From contig NW_024704743.1 in NCBI RefSeq assembly GCF_018977255.1, positions 75,456,001 to 75,520,000 on the forward strand: a stretch of DNA of 64,000 bases. Direction: 5' to 3'. The stretch comes from Callorhinchus milii (taxonomy: Eukaryota). The notes beneath the pieces are model-generated. The model saw only the letters and a program-made list of their open reading frames with translations. It did not search any database and was not told the origin of the DNA. Each line of letters begins with the position of its first letter. Position 1 is the stretch's first letter. This document shows positions 13,474-27,755 of the stretch, in pieces. The translations under genes and the position numbers were made by a program.

Positions 13474-13900
13474 GGTGTATCAGCCTGGCTTAATTGGTAG
13501 TCCTCCCACCTCTGAATCAGAAGGTTGAGGGTTCATAGTGCATGTCATCACTTGTAAGTCATAAACTGACACTCCAATGCAGAGCTGGAGGTGTGCTACA
13601 TTGACGGAGATACTGTTCTTTGGATAAGACATTAAAATGAAGTCCCATCTAACTATTCAGGTGGACGTTAAAGATCCCATGGCATTATTCGGAAAGAGAA
13701 GAGAATTTCTCCCAGTATCCTGACCAACAATGGCCAAATTAAAAGATTGATCATCCACTTCATGGCTGTTTGTGGGACATTGCTGTACGCAAAATGATTG
13801 CTGCGTTTGCCCAGAAACACACAGTCACTATCCACCTTGTGAAGTCCTCCTGAGATGACAGGTGCTATACCAAATGTAAGGATTATTATTATAATTATAA
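13474..13900 (+). mobile_element. Full-length older DeuSINE (family B, SacSINE1/AmnSINE-like)
   Basis: Head tcagcctggcttaattggtag...tcagaaggttg.gggttc; body ctgacactccaatgcag, caggtggacgttaaagatcccatggc; Deu core; L2-like tail. Confidence 0.8.
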
Positions 13901-14334
13901 TCTCCATGGTTGCCACACTTAGGCCTGATAAAAACCTTTGGATATACTTTCACAAGATGCTCTTGACAGCCATGAATCAGTTAGTTTGTGATCACACCAC
14001 GGAAGCCAAACTTACGCTGGTGAATCACTGGGATTTGCAATTCTGTGGAGGAAGACAGCTTTCAACCTCAAGTCTTGCCTGAACCATATAATTTTATACC
14101 AATGGCCTCCAGTTCTAAGCTTACTGTGCAAGTTAAACAAGTTAAATGAACTGTTTCCATCCATATTATCTTTTTATATATATGGAATATCTATGGTCAG
14201 CTGTCCTCCCAATGTGCAAGGCGCTATACTAAAAGCAAGGATTATTATTATGTGTGTGAGTCAGTGGTGAATTATACTATGTTGCTTTCTTAAGTCATCG
14301 TTCTCTTATTTCTGTGTTGGAAAATTGATCCTGG

Positions 14335-14592
14335 CTGGCTCTGGAACTCCATCCCCCAGTGCCTTCGCCTTGCTTCCTCCCTTTCCTCCTTCAAGGCCGG
14401 TCTCAAGACCTTTCTCTTTGACCGAGCCTTCAGCTCCCCTCTCGACTCTCTACCCCCTCCTCGCCCCCTCCCTTCCCTCCCCTCACCCTGACTATTTCCC
14501 CCCTACTCGGGTCCTGACCCAACCATAGAGCGCCTTGGGATGTCCTCCCGACGTGAAAGCTGCTCTATAAATGGAATCTTGTTGTTGTTGTG
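14335..14592 (+). mobile_element. L2 3' end, same subfamily as 21680-22954
   Basis: Near-identical to 22655-22954, including the tail gtgaaagctgctctataaatggaatcttgttgttg. Confidence 0.88.
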
Positions 14593-17049
14593 GTATAGAA
14601 GAAAAGCCCATTTCCATTGGATACATTAAAACCTGTCAGAAACCACAAGGAATCACAACTCTAGTGGGAAACCAAGATGGTGACATTGTATATTTTGGAA
14701 CTACCTTGGGGCAGGAGTATTGTACTGAAGTTGGTGGGGAGGGCATTCACATTCTATAACAATTACCAGACACTTGCTGGTTTCTCCTCTTCCCTTTGCT
14801 TTGGAATACATCGTTACAGACAGTTCTTATTGTGTGACTGGATAAGAGCTATCTGTATGTGAGCTGAGCTCTCAGTGATAATTTGTGAAAAGGAGTCAGA
14901 GCTGGTGGAGGGGAGGCAGGACAGAAAAGAGGTGGTGGTCATAGGAAGGAATGTCAGAGGTACTGAGTGGACATGTGATAGGAGGGTCTGAGACAGAGGC
15001 ATGGAGATAAAATTTGTGCGTAACAACTACGCACAATTAAAAAAAAAAAGGTAAAACATAGGATAAATTGTGAATGAACCTTCACAAGTTATCTGTATGC
15101 AACAGTTCCTGCAATAACATTCAATCGTGACAAGAGCAACTTGCATTCGTATAGCGCCCTTCACATAGGATATCATCTTGGATAGCTTTCAGTATAGTGG
15201 GCAGACTTTTACAAGACCTTTACAGCTTGTGATGTGCCAGCCACCTTGATGTTCTTGAGGTCCAAGTCCAATGCTGGATCCAGGCTTACTGAGCACTACG
15301 TGACTACAGGTACGCCAAAGAGGTCGGTTTTTAGGAGGGATTTAAATACAGATAGTGAGGGCACAGGGCAGAGAAGTAGAGGGAGGGACATTGCAGCTCA
15401 ACTCATGTAAAGAACAAAAAAGAACAAAATAGTTATTTTGTTTACCTCGTCTGAGACTGTACAACCAAGATCATGCAAATTGTAGAAAATGCAGGCTTAA
15501 TTTAGAAGCCTGTTATTTTTCAGAATTGTGGAAAACTGGCTTTCAAATTAAAACTGAATTGAAGAGTTCTCCACAATTCTGCATAATCTTAAATTTTAAA
15601 CCGAAATGGTTTGATGAGCTAAGACTAGGTGAAATTTCAGGCATCTCTTTGGTAATGTCCAGCGTGAAGAAATCACTCCCTCTGCTCAGTGTCCAGTGGC
15701 CTGCTTCATGTCCCCCGCATGGTCTGCCTCACCATCAGCAGGCAAGTTCTAAGCCCTGCTGCCCTGCTCCCTGGAACTCCCCTCTCCCCACTCTCTTCAG
15801 TACGTTACCCTTACCATCCCATTTCGCACAGGTAAAGCACTTTGAGACATCCTCCCGACGCGAAAGACACTATATAAATGCAGATCATATTGTATTTGCG
15901 GTTATGAAAATGACTCTTTTGAGGGAACAAATATTGGAGTTGAGAAATCCTGAGTGAAGTATGGATCCTGTTTGTTTGCTATTGATTTTAATGTTTGTTG
16001 CCAGCACAGGATAGCACTGGGATCTGCCCATTGAAAATGACACTTCCCTCTCCATCTGGGAACCCTGAATCAAATTACAGTTCCCAGCATGCATGGCAAG
16101 CTTACTTCAGTGCAGTGCACTGTTAAAAAGACAGGTGACATTTAAATTCCAAGAAAACTGTTTCGAATAGGAATACTAATATAATTTTCATGAATATATT
16201 ATACACAAAAGATAAAGGAGATTTGGCATTGCAGATCCTCGCCAAGTTTGTTAACAGATGCCAGCTATCAGTGCAGACTATCAGGATTATCGGGTACTGA
16301 AGGTTATAAATATAATAAACGCAGTAAGTTATTTTTATAGATGTCAGCCACTGCTACACTGCTGAGCAGATTGGAGTCAAGGGATTATGACCCTTTCCAT
16401 GGCTTCATTGTGCCAATTCTCCTTAGTGAAAAATGCACCACTATCGGAATAAATTATTTCACTTATGAGAAAACAAATGTCATCTTGATGTAAAGGTCTG
16501 GACCGGAATGGAAACATTATTAGAGAAGAATTCCTGCTCAAATCCTGATCAGGGCAAGGAATAGGAAGAATTATTCTGAAATAAATAAACCATTCTGATG
16601 TGTTATATTTAAAATGTATCCTCCATTCAGCAAATGTATAACTTGTGAAATTGAAATGGTCACATTTTGGTGCTTTACTGCTACTGGACAGAACAGACCT
16701 TCCATTACAGGATAGCTGCCCTGTGATTTAATCCTTGCATTTGGTTTAGTGCCTTTCACATTGGAAGGATATCCCAAAGCGTTTCACAGGATTTACTGTG
16801 GCTGTGTGTTGTCAGGAACATGTGCACACCCATGTAATTACCTTCCAATTATTCCTATGGTAACTTAGGGTGCAAAGTGACAGACAGAATATTGTAAGTA
16901 CTAGTTTGTCAAAGTTACAGTAGTCTCCAATGGACGGGATGTATGCGATTATGTGATTCCCTTATTTCTCCCTGCATGTGCTTATAGCACACAGCAGACA
17001 GTTAACCATCAATACACCATTGTACAATTGCTATTTCTAATAGTAAGGG

Positions 17050-17680
17050 AGTCAGTGATTAGGGGTCATAGCTATAAGTCACAAAAAGAGTGAAAGTAGA
17101 GCTTAGGTGATTTTTTTCACTCTTTGTTGTTGGGATGTGGAATGCTCTGCCCAGTAAGATGGTAGAGGCAGAGTCCATTCTCAGATGGGAAGCAGATGGG
17201 TATATGAAGGACAGAGGCGTGGAGGGGTATGGGGATGGGACAGGTCAGTGAAACCTTGTTCTAAGATCCAGTGCAGACTCAGTGGGCTGATTGGCCTCCT
17301 TGTTTGCCATAAATTTCTTTGATTCTATGATTTCACCCACAAAATATACACAGTCACACTACAATATATCCTGGGAAGCACTTTGAGGCATCTCAATGAC
17401 ATGATTAGTCATCATATCAAATGTAAGGTTTATTATTATTATCGAAGGATTATTATTGGAGTGGTCAGGAGAATTCTTTTCACACACAGAATAGTTAGTG
17501 TATGGACTGCCATGCTTACCTGAAGAATCCATAGAGAGAACCACATAACTATTTTAAAAAGAGTCAGCTACAGGGAGTATGGGGAAAGAGCAGGTAAATG
17601 GGACTGAAAGAATAGTCTTGAGGGAACCAGCAGAGACATGATAGGCTGAATGGCCTTCATCCATCCTGTACATTTCTATG
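17050..17680 (+). mobile_element. Two CR1 3' ends (17050-17330, 17460-17680) separated by a SINE tail
   Basis: aggggtcatagctataag, gtggaatgctctgccc, gggctgattggcctcctt / ggctgaatggccttcat terminal motifs. Confidence 0.7.
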
Positions 17681-18071
17681 TTTGTATTATTCTATACTCT
17701 TCTGGTATACACATTTACTGAAGGCTTCAATACTTCCTTTTATTAAAGCAATGAATCAGCTTCTTAAGCCATTCTTATTTGAGGCTGGCTTGTGATGCTG
17801 GATGTCAGGATTACTAAACAATATTAAGTAATTTACTTCAAACTGTTTGAATGCAGCTGGGTGTCAAACTACGCTCTGGGTTGACAAAGCGGTTCTCCAT
17901 TCTGGGCAGCTGTGGCAGTGGATACAGCATATTGTGAAAGTTCAAACACATGATTTTGTTGCTGCAGAACAGGTAGACATTAATTACGGAGTCATGCCAG
18001 GGTTGGAATCATAATGAAATTCCAGGTCTTTTCTACATGATTATTATGTACATATTAAATACATAGGTAGT

Positions 18072-18310
18072 GAACAATTCCTCCTCGGTCTTACACAATT
18101 TTCTTAGCATTTCAAAATGTGTAGAATTTCACAAATTCTCAAATGTGGTCTTAATTTTGCAGCCTTTCTATCTGTGGCTTATTTTAAGGTCTAGAGTAAA
18201 CTGGCTTGAAAATGAAGTCTGAATTTGAGAATTTGTCAAACGTTTCTTGCTCTGAATTGCTGAGAAAATAGTGCACGTTCAAATCGACCCAGATGGAATT
18301 TCTCCCCTAA
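18072..18310. mobile_element. Palindromic MITE-like element (same family as 59283-59520)
   Basis: ttttcttagcatttcaaa..gaatttcacaaattctcaaat ... atttgagaatttgtcaaa..gctgagaaaa..ggaatttctcccct. Confidence 0.65.
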
Positions 18311-19819
18311 GGTGGTAAAGAGAAAGGCAAGTACTGCAGATCTATACTAAGTCTATTGCCCAGTATTGGTGAAGTAGTGGTTGAAGAATCCATCAGTAGA
18401 TGTTACAGACGTTAGTCATCTGTAGCGTTTCATTCTCAATCGTTTGTACCCTGGCAATACTCTTATGATAGTTCTGGCTAGTGGACCAGAAAAAGGCAAA
18501 GAAAGCACACTTATTTTTGTGGAGTCCAATGAGGCTTGTGTTACATCATAATATAATAATAATGATAATAATACTTGCATTTGATATATTATGTCACCGA
18601 GAATTTTCAAAGTGCTTCACAGCATATATGGTAAATATATGTGCGTGTGTGTGCCTATATAAGCAAGAGTGCTACCAACTGAGCTAGGCTGATATGTGTA
18701 TATAATAAGAAAATATGGTAAGAACCAGGTAACAAAAGAATCATTGGGGTTAACAATCAGTCACACAGGCAATATTACAACAGAGATAAATATAACAACA
18801 TAATAATGATCTTTTCATTTGACATAGAGCCTTATCACATCATTGAAACATCTTAAAGCGCTTCATAGAATAAACTGTAAAGTGAATTGACTGTTCATTT
18901 TGTGAGCGAAATGTGGCAGCAAATTGCCCACAGATAAGGCTGATTTATTAGATTCAACCTAGCAAGACACTTTCACCTACACTACACAGTCACTACACTT
19001 TACAGTAAATCCTGTGAAGAGCTTTGAAACATAAAAGATACTATATAAAATGTAAGGATTATTATTATCACTGATAAAGGGGAAAGTCCAAGCATGATGA
19101 AAGAGGTTGACAAGTCAAAGGAAATTTGTTAATATTTTTTCCGTGACTGCAAAAGACACAACTGTAGCGAGCATGAGGGAAAGTTGTTGCAAAATTGATA
19201 TTAAAGCAAGGACAGGCAAAACTTTAACTTCTATTACTTTAAGTCTATAATATACACAAAAGAACTAGGTGTCTCCAATGTGTGATGGGCACACTTAATA
19301 ACCATTCTCAAATGTCATTAAAGATAAGAAGAAAATGCATTAGTTTGTTTAGTGGGATGTTGAGACTGGGCCACCTGTCAGCCCTAACCTACAACTATTA
19401 GAAATAAAGATAGGAGTATATTCACAGAAGTAAATTAAATGAAGGCACATATGCCAATGATACCAAATCAACAACTTGGCACATTGTCTGCATTAATAAT
19501 GTCATTCAGGAGCTCAATGGTAAACAGAGGCCATGTCACGGCCAACAGTGAGATGTGATAAATATCTCCACAAGTGAGTTACGACCAACCTCAGGAGCAG
19601 TTCCCATCTTTCATAAATGAATATTACATAATTCTATTTGAATCTCGTGATTATATCTAATTTCAAGACAGATTTTACCCACCGCAGTTGTAAAACTAAA
19701 AAGAGAGATTTCTTTCTAACGAACCAAACATGCAGAAAGTGCAATTTTTGTCATATATTTATACTCTATATTTACTTAAATAAATAACTATTACCATTTA
19801 TCCCTATTAATAGAACATT

Positions 19820-20022
19820 GGGGAGAAAGTTTAGAATATCCAGAATTTGGCAAATTGTTGAATTCAGTCTTAAATTTGAAGTCACTTCTCTACAACTTTT
19901 AAATAAATCTCATAGCAATCCAGCTTCAAAGTTATGATTAGTTAACAATTTGTCAAATCCTGGACTCTATAAAATGATACTTTAATAGAATAAATTTAGA
20001 TGCAGAGGGAAGTTTCTTCCCA
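19820..20022. mobile_element. Palindromic MITE-like element (same family)
   Basis: gggagaaa..atccagaatttggcaaattgtt ... aacaatttgtcaaatcctgga..taaatttaga..gtttcttccc. Confidence 0.6.
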
Positions 20023-21679
20023 ATGCTTTCTTCAAAACTAAAGTTCCAGATTTTTATGAACCAAACGAGTTGTAACATAATAGCTTGAGTTCAGAAAGAG
20101 TTCAGGTTTCCACAGTTCTTAAAAAGATTGAATAAAATTGAATTTAAGAATTCAGATTGAATTTAAGAACTTAGGTTAAATTTATTAATTTTCCACAATT
20201 ATGTGTAATTTCGAATTTTAAGACAAGGTGGAATTTTGAATCTGGGAACTTCAATGACCCTTTTTCCCACATTGCCTTAAGAATTGCAATATAATTTTTT
20301 TATTAGATTGCAAATGAACATGTCTTCTTTTCATGACAGCACTACCTCCAGTAAGCCTGCCTGCCTGACCATCATCAGTGATGATTTTCTTTTGTGATAT
20401 CACTGCTTCCATTTAACCTTCTGATTTTAGTTGGCATCATTCCATTCCGTGAAGAATTAACCTGCATATTAGGATCTCTCAGTCTGGTTTCAATACTTTT
20501 AAGTCTGAATCATCAGACACCTGGCTGACCAATACAAAATCAGTCATTACTTTTTGAAATGAGTTATTACAGATGTTTACATCAATGTGCAGCGACTACA
20601 TAAATACAAGTTACATCATAATCCCAATAGTATATTAGGCTGCAATTTTGGTCTGTAAATTAGGACATGTGTGGATATAAATTCCATTAGGGACTAGGTT
20701 TATCCTATTAATGCAATACTTCAGAGCATAAACAATTTGTCAAATTCATTTTTAATACGGTTTTCTGTAAGTTTTTTTAAGAAGTACAGAAAAAGGGTTT
20801 CAAAGTTAAAACTGAACTTAACAATTTGCCAAATTCTGCATCCTCTGAAATGCTACACTAAAAATTGAATAAATGTAGACCCTGAAGAGATCGTAAACCA
20901 GTGATTTGTTAATTTTCATACAGTTGATAAATGTAGACAACAAGTCCAATTGATACTGGGACCCATTCATTGCAACATCGATATTAGGGGTCAGACCCCT
21001 AGCCAGTCTTGCCACCCCCGGCCTTATTGATTGACAATAATCACATTACATGTTGCACTTTTCACCCCAGTATCTACAGACAAATATGATTGATTGACAA
21101 TTAGTTATTTTTGTGTTCATTTTTTCAGCGATACAAACTTTCAACTTCAGTAACAACTATTATTACCTGTAGTTACATAAATCCCAGGACCCTAGATTCA
21201 TATCGACCTCTTTGACCATGCTTTTAGTCATCTTTACCCCTTTCTCTCACTCCCTTCAACGCCTCCCCACTCTCCCCTCAGCTCGGGTGCCCAGTTAGCT
21301 GTGTTAAGTGCTTTGAGACATCCTTCCAACATGAAAGGCATTAAATAAATATAAATTGCACTGTATTGTGTAGAAAATTCACATGAAGGAAGGAGACAAA
21401 CACTTTATTATACTCTTTACCCACTCATTATATAGAGTACTAGGCATAGGTTAGCAAGAACCAAGCCTTGGGGCCGCCAGAGTGTGCTTTGGGGTACTAC
21501 TGGAGCCTAACCAGCTAAAACCACATAACTTGCCATTGAGAACACTGTCTGGCAATCTTCCCACAATGGGTATGTTGCTCCTTTTCAGGCGTGACATTCA
21601 ATGAGAGGCACCAAATGCTAATAGTAGGCAGTTGCGTGCATTGTACTGCATGCAGCAATATAAATTCGTCAGAGGTACG

Positions 21680-22954
21680 TCCTCCTCCACTGCTTGTCCT
21701 CCCACCTCAACCTTCAAGGCCCTGTCCTTGAGTGGTTTAGGTCATACCTCTTCCACCGTCTTCACTTTGTTTTCCACAAATGGCTTTTCCTCCAGCCCCC
21801 GCACTGTCTCGTGCGGTGTCCCTCAGGGCTCTGTCCTCGGTCCCCTCCTCTTCACCCTCTATATGCTCCCCCTTGGTGACATCATCTGCAGACATGGGGT
21901 TAACTTCCACATGTATGCGGATGACAGCCAACTCTACCTTTCCTCCTCTACCCTCAACTCCACGACTACCGATGTCCTGACAGCCTGCCTGTCCGACATC
22001 GAGTCCTGGACGAGAGACAACTTTCTTCAGCTCAACGTGCGTAAAACTGAGGCCCTCCTGATTGGGTCGCATCAGCGCCTCCGCACCTCAGGCGCTGACA
22101 GCATCAGCATCCAAGGCTGCACTCTCCACCTCTCAAAGCCAGTCAGGAACCTTGGTGTTCTGTTCGACCCTGAGCTGTCCTTTCTCCCTCATATCCGCGC
22201 CACAACTGGCACCGCCTTCCATCACCTCCGGAATATCGCCAGACTACGGCACTACCTCACCCCTCACGCTGCTGAAACTCTGGTCCATGCATTTATCACC
22301 TCAAGGCTGGACTATGGGAACTCTCTCCTCGCCGGCCTTCCCGCACCTCCCTCCACAAGCTGCAGGTCATTCAGAACTCTGCAGCTCGTGTACTGTCCCG
22401 CACCAGGCTTCAGGAACACATCACTCCCACCCTCGCTCGCCTCCACTGGCTCCCCATCCCCCAGAGGATCGAATTCAAGATCCTCATCCTCACCTACAAG
22501 GTCATTCACGGCCTTGCTCTCTCCTACCTCTCCGACCTACTATCCCCCTACCTACCTGCCCGTACTCTCCATTCCTCTGGCTCCGGTCTGCTCCACATCC
22601 CCCGCCCCAACCGCCCTACCATCGGTGGCCTGGCCTTCAGCCTCTCAGCCCCTAGGCTCTGGAACTCTATCCCCCAGTGCCTTCGCCGCCTCCCCCCTTT
22701 CCTCCTTCAAGTACGGTCTCAAGACCTTTCTCTTTGACCGTGCCTTCAGCTCCCCTCTCGACTCTCTACCCCCTCCTCACTCCCTCCCTTCCCTCCCCTC
22801 ACCCTGACCATTTCCCCCCTGCTCGCTCCCTCCCTTCCCTCCCCTCACCCTGACCATTTCCCCCCTTGCTCGGGTCCTGACCCAACTGTGCAGCGCCTTG
22901 GGACGTCCTCCCGACGTGAAAGGCGCTCTATAAATGGAATCTTGTTGTTGTTGT
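21680..22954 (+). mobile_element. L2-clade LINE, 5'-truncated, relatively young (RT C-terminal part plus 3'UTR)
   Basis: The ORF carries RT motifs [17 protein letters not shown] and [14 protein letters not shown], then FITSRLDY. There is a frameshift near 22345. The tail is ...gtgaaaggcgctctataaatggaatc(ttg)n. Confidence 0.95.
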
Positions 22955-24570
22955 AAGAGAGGTTATCAATAAGTAGCAGTGTGCTGTCCTACAAGGTGCT
23001 CACAATGGCAGCTTGAAAACTTAACTTGACATTGGAGCAACAATGGTGTAGTTCAAGAGCACCCCCATGTTAAAATACTGCCTCATGGAGGTTGGCTTTT
23101 GAGTGCAAAGGTAGAAGAGACTGACTGAATTAAGACAGATCCGGTCTTTCTGGACTGGACTTAAATTCTGCCTTCAAAGTGACAGATCTCAACAGGGCCA
23201 GTACTTGAGATTACAATATGTGCCTTGAAGTTCTCGAAGTATCGCTAAGAAGACTGAGCTCAGATATGAGATGGGCGGTGGTGGGCTGGGGGTGAATCAG
23301 GGTGGTGTTAATTATCGAATAGTCAGAAATTAATAGCATTTCATAATATCGTAACATATATTGCTTGTGATAATTATCATAAGAAACACGTTATGGAATG
23401 TCGCTAATTTCGGTCCTTGAGGGGTATATTTACGACATTTCATAACAAATCCAATGTGCTAATTATGGCAATTTATGGCAACTTTCAAGCCATAGAAATA
23501 GAAGTGTACCATTTCACTCAGGAGCTGTTAGACAAGTTTCTTAGTTCATGGCGGCTCACATAACTCTCTAACCTCGTCTCACTAAAATTTGTCCAATGCT
23601 CTTGCTACCATCACTTCTCACGTTCACACACAAAAATACACAGTCACTACACTTTATAGTGAATCCTGGCACTGTGAGATGTCCTCTTGAAATGCAAGAC
23701 ATCACATCAGATGCCATGATTATTATTATTATTAACTATCCATGGAGTTGAAAATACTCATCAGGAAACTGATAAAACAGCACTTGAAACTGGAAACAAT
23801 GGCATAAAACACATCACTTTGAAGGAACAGGATGTGTGTCACACCAGCTCCTGAGACATCGGCTCCGACTGCAATCTTACAAGAGTCAAGCTCTCACATG
23901 TCGTTGTGATGTACACAGGGGTTTCCTGGAAGAGATGCCGATTGCATACCAAGGCCCATTTTCGGGTGCGGTACAGTTATACTACTTACTCCCCTGCTCA
24001 GTGTCTGACTCTGTCACTATAAAGAACACATTATCCTATGTAAATGCAAATTGTTGATTCTATGACTGACTGCTATTATTTTGTAACTCCTAGCAAATCC
24101 TGCATGCTCAATACATGCAAAGTGCATTAACACATGTCTCTGTTGATTTGTTACTAAATTAAGCCATTTTTAGATATTCAAGTAAATTTTCAGTTCACCA
24201 TTTTTTTTCATGAATAGTGGATTACAGCTGCACTGTTTGTTCCTTCATGCTTGAAAGTATTGTGACTGATAGTGGGGTCTCCTTGAAGCTGAACTGATCC
24301 TGATCTAGGAGGGTCCACAGCAGTCCAGGGCACAGCTGATAACACACACCAGCCAGCCAGGCTCATGGAAGGGCAGACAGAACACTGGAGGTAGGTACTC
24401 CTGCCCACCCAGCTGCAGTTTGCTTGGGACGTCCTCCTGACGTGAAAGGCGCTATACAAATATAATTTTGTTGTTGTTGTTTACCCTGCAAGCCAAAGCC
24501 CTAATGGTGGTTCTAGTTAGACAAGCAACAGGAAACTTGACAGACAATACTTTCAGTGACAAACTATAAC

Positions 24571-25380
24571 AAAACAACAATATATTTACATTTACATAAC
24601 ATCTTTCATGTTAGGAGGATGTCACAAGGCACTAGACAGTTCAGGTTTGCACCTAAGCTGGGGGTGAGGTTCGAGGGGAATGATAGGGGAAAAGATGGCT
24701 GAATGTGTGGTTGGAGAGGAAGATCTTAAGGTGGAGCTTGAAGCAGGTGAGGGAAGGGACATTGAAGGGACTCTGGGATAGAGTTCCAGAGAGTGGGGGC
24801 AGATACACTAAAAGTCCAACTGGCAATCTTAGGGCAGGTAGGGTGGCGCACATGAATCAGACCAATGCCTGCTGAGCAGAGAGAGCGGATGGGTCGGTTT
24901 GAGAAGGTCGCAGAGGGAGGGTGAGGCAAGACCGCATAGAGATTTAAAAGTTAGGACGAGGATCTTCATCTCAATCTTCTAGGGGATGGGGAGCCAATGG
25001 AGCTGGGAGAATATGAGTGGGCCATAGATTTGCGGAGCTTAGTGCAGGAGAGGACACAAGCTGCAGAGTTCTGGATGATCTACAGCTTCCTTATAAAGAG
25101 AAAGTTGGGAAGACCAACAAGCAGAGCATTGGCATAATCTAGCCTGGATGTGAAGAATGAATAGTCTCGACGGCTTGAGGCGAGAAATAGTGGTGGAGGT
25201 GAACAATGTTGCGGACAATGTTGCGTAGGTGGGGCATAGCTGAGTGGATCAGAGCACAAATGTAAGGTTTAAAGGACAGTTGAGAGCCTAACAAGACATT
25301 GAGATTCTCCACTGGCTCCATGAGGTGGAGTGCGCATCCAAGTAGTTTGATGCTGTCAGCAGCAGCTGTGATGAGAAGGC
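24571..25380 (-). mobile_element. L2 LINE 3' fragment
   Basis: Reverse complement of the L2 3' region (GCALHLMEPVENL..., tail acatttacataacatctttcatg). Confidence 0.85.
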
Positions 25381-25384
25381 ATTG

Positions 25385-25612
25385 CTTTCCTGGGGTAATT
25401 CCTTCAAAATAAATAAAATATAATTTGGTCACTCATCCACAACTGTTTATGGGACACTGCTGTGCGCAATTGGCTGCTGCATTTTGCCCACAAAATATAC
25501 AGTTAATTCACTTTACTCTATATTCTGTGATGTGCTTTGAGACGTCTCAAAGACACGATAAGGCGCTATATCAAATGCAAGGATTATTATTAGTATTATT
25601 AGTATTATTATT
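25385..25612 (+). mobile_element. DeuSINE family A 3' half
   Basis: Core gggacactgctgtgcgcaattggctgc and tail tcaaatgcaaggattattatt. Confidence 0.85.
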
Positions 25613-27755
25613 GATGGGCTGAGCGGGAGAGCCTCTGTCTTGCTAATTTTCAACTGAAGAAAGCTGTTTAATTCCAGCAAAACATCAAAGCACACTACCC
25701 AAACCATGGCACTTTCCAACCTGCAGCTAATACTCTCCGGAATTAGGTAAGCGGGGTGAATCCCTCTGAGGAGAGAGTACACATTCCATTCCAGACATGG
25801 GAATTTCCATGTATAGGTTGCGATCATATAACTGTCAGTGTGGTTTGGATACTCTTTAGCATGGTAATGGGTTTCCACATATGTCAGTCATTTGACTGAC
25901 CAAAAGAAAGCAACCCAGATCACCATGTTATTCATGTTTAATCCCCCCCCAACCCCACCCACCACCTGAGCTCTATTGTCTATTTGTTTGCCTGTTTGTA
26001 TATCTGTATCATTAACTAAGAAATACTGCAAAATCGGTCCCCAATATAATTTCAAAGCTAAACATGTTTACTTTTTCCATCTTAAGATACAAAACAAATC
26101 ATAGTTTGAAATTTTATCATCAATCTGAATGATTTACTGTGATTCCATTAAAAAAAACTAAAACCACAGCATTTTAGTTGATTTTCCCGTTATTTTCCTT
26201 GCTCATAAATTGTCTTCCCTATCTGAACCTATTAATTACAATGCAAAATGCAGAGCTTCAATGAATTGGCTCGAAGCAAGCACAAAGTGTCTTTTCTATA
26301 ACATGGAAGTTCAGCAATGCCAACAGGTAGAGGTCTGTCTTGCTGTGGTGCAAGGAAAAGGGTATTTAATGGTATGGAAAAGGCATTTAAAGGGAAATTG
26401 TCTCTTGAACATCACAAAGTTCCCTGAGCAATTTTCCGTGACAGAGTATTGTGATTGTGCCATAAAGAGGGAGTTCTTGTCAAACTAGGATTTGTGCCAG
26501 ACTGACACAAATCAGAAATGGTAATTGGTCGATAGCCGTGATATTGTGTCACTCTTTAGAGGGGAATCACCTGCACCCAGCTCTCTGAGGAGGGAATTTC
26601 AAATAGTCTTAGCTCCTTAAACCTACTAATTAAAATGAGAAATCCCCAAGCTTCCATGAATCATCCTCAAAAAAGATTATTAGGAATTTAATGGGGAAAA
26701 GCTCATCCCAGACCATCTGTGACCTGAGGCACTGTGAGCATTTCTGAAAAAGGAGAGAAAGCGGTCTTCAACTCACATGTGCATGGATAATGTAGAAATA
26801 CAGTGCTGCAGTAATACATATTACAATGCCTTTATTCCCACAGCACACAACGTGACTGTAGTGTAAACACATACATGCTCCCTGCAACAAAAGGAACAAT
26901 AGAATTGTTTCTAACCTTTGAGACTTAGTAAAGACAATGCAGATCTATCCTGTCAACAGGGAACAAGCTTCGACCGAGTTTACAAAACCGCAGAATACAT
27001 TGCAAATTCAGTTGGTAACTGTAATGCTATTGTAATTACACCACAGACTGTGGAGATGGTTGTGCTGTAAGTTTAGTTTTGTTTAAGTGCAATGCACAAT
27101 AAACTATCAGGGTTGCTGGTAAAATTTCAAAATTCATTATTTAAATTTTTTATGGTCCTTCATCTGAAGTGAGAAAAATAAACATCTTTGTTGCTAAACT
27201 GGGAAATTACACTGGGGGTCAATTTCGCGTTGTTTCTTAACTAAGAAATCTGAATGGGGGATTCATTTCGCTAATCGGAAGAGTGTCACGCTCATCATGC
27301 TGAGTCATGGGAAGTCTTGCTCTAAAAACAGATAGAGCTGGAGTGTTCTCGTGGGTCGGCATCACAAACTTTTACAAATTTCTTAGTCAAGAATTCCAGT
27401 TCAGAAATACTGTAAACCTGTTCCCTTTAATGTTGTAACATATTAAAGTGTTGATAAGGGATTTTAATCAACTGCTTTTGGATGATTGATTTGGACTTTG
27501 CATGAGAATGAGGGCCAAATTTTTATCCTCAACAACTGAATTTGTAATTAACATCAATGAGGTAAAGCCAACCATCCAGAACCAGAAAGCTATATTGTTT
27601 ATCTTTTCGATGCCATAACTCAGATGGCGATTGTACTATTTGATTCACTTCCTGGTTCCCTTATTTTCCCATGCCTTTCAGCCATCCCTTAGCTCTAATA
27701 ACACAATTCTTCCAGATGTCAAGGTGGAAGGAAAACTTTATACAAGTGCTCACCC

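Noticed and set aside
21632..22807. 391 aa ORF as a host gene or a novel reverse transcriptase system
   Set aside because: It is a truncated, frameshifted L2 ORF2 fragment with a typical L2 tail.
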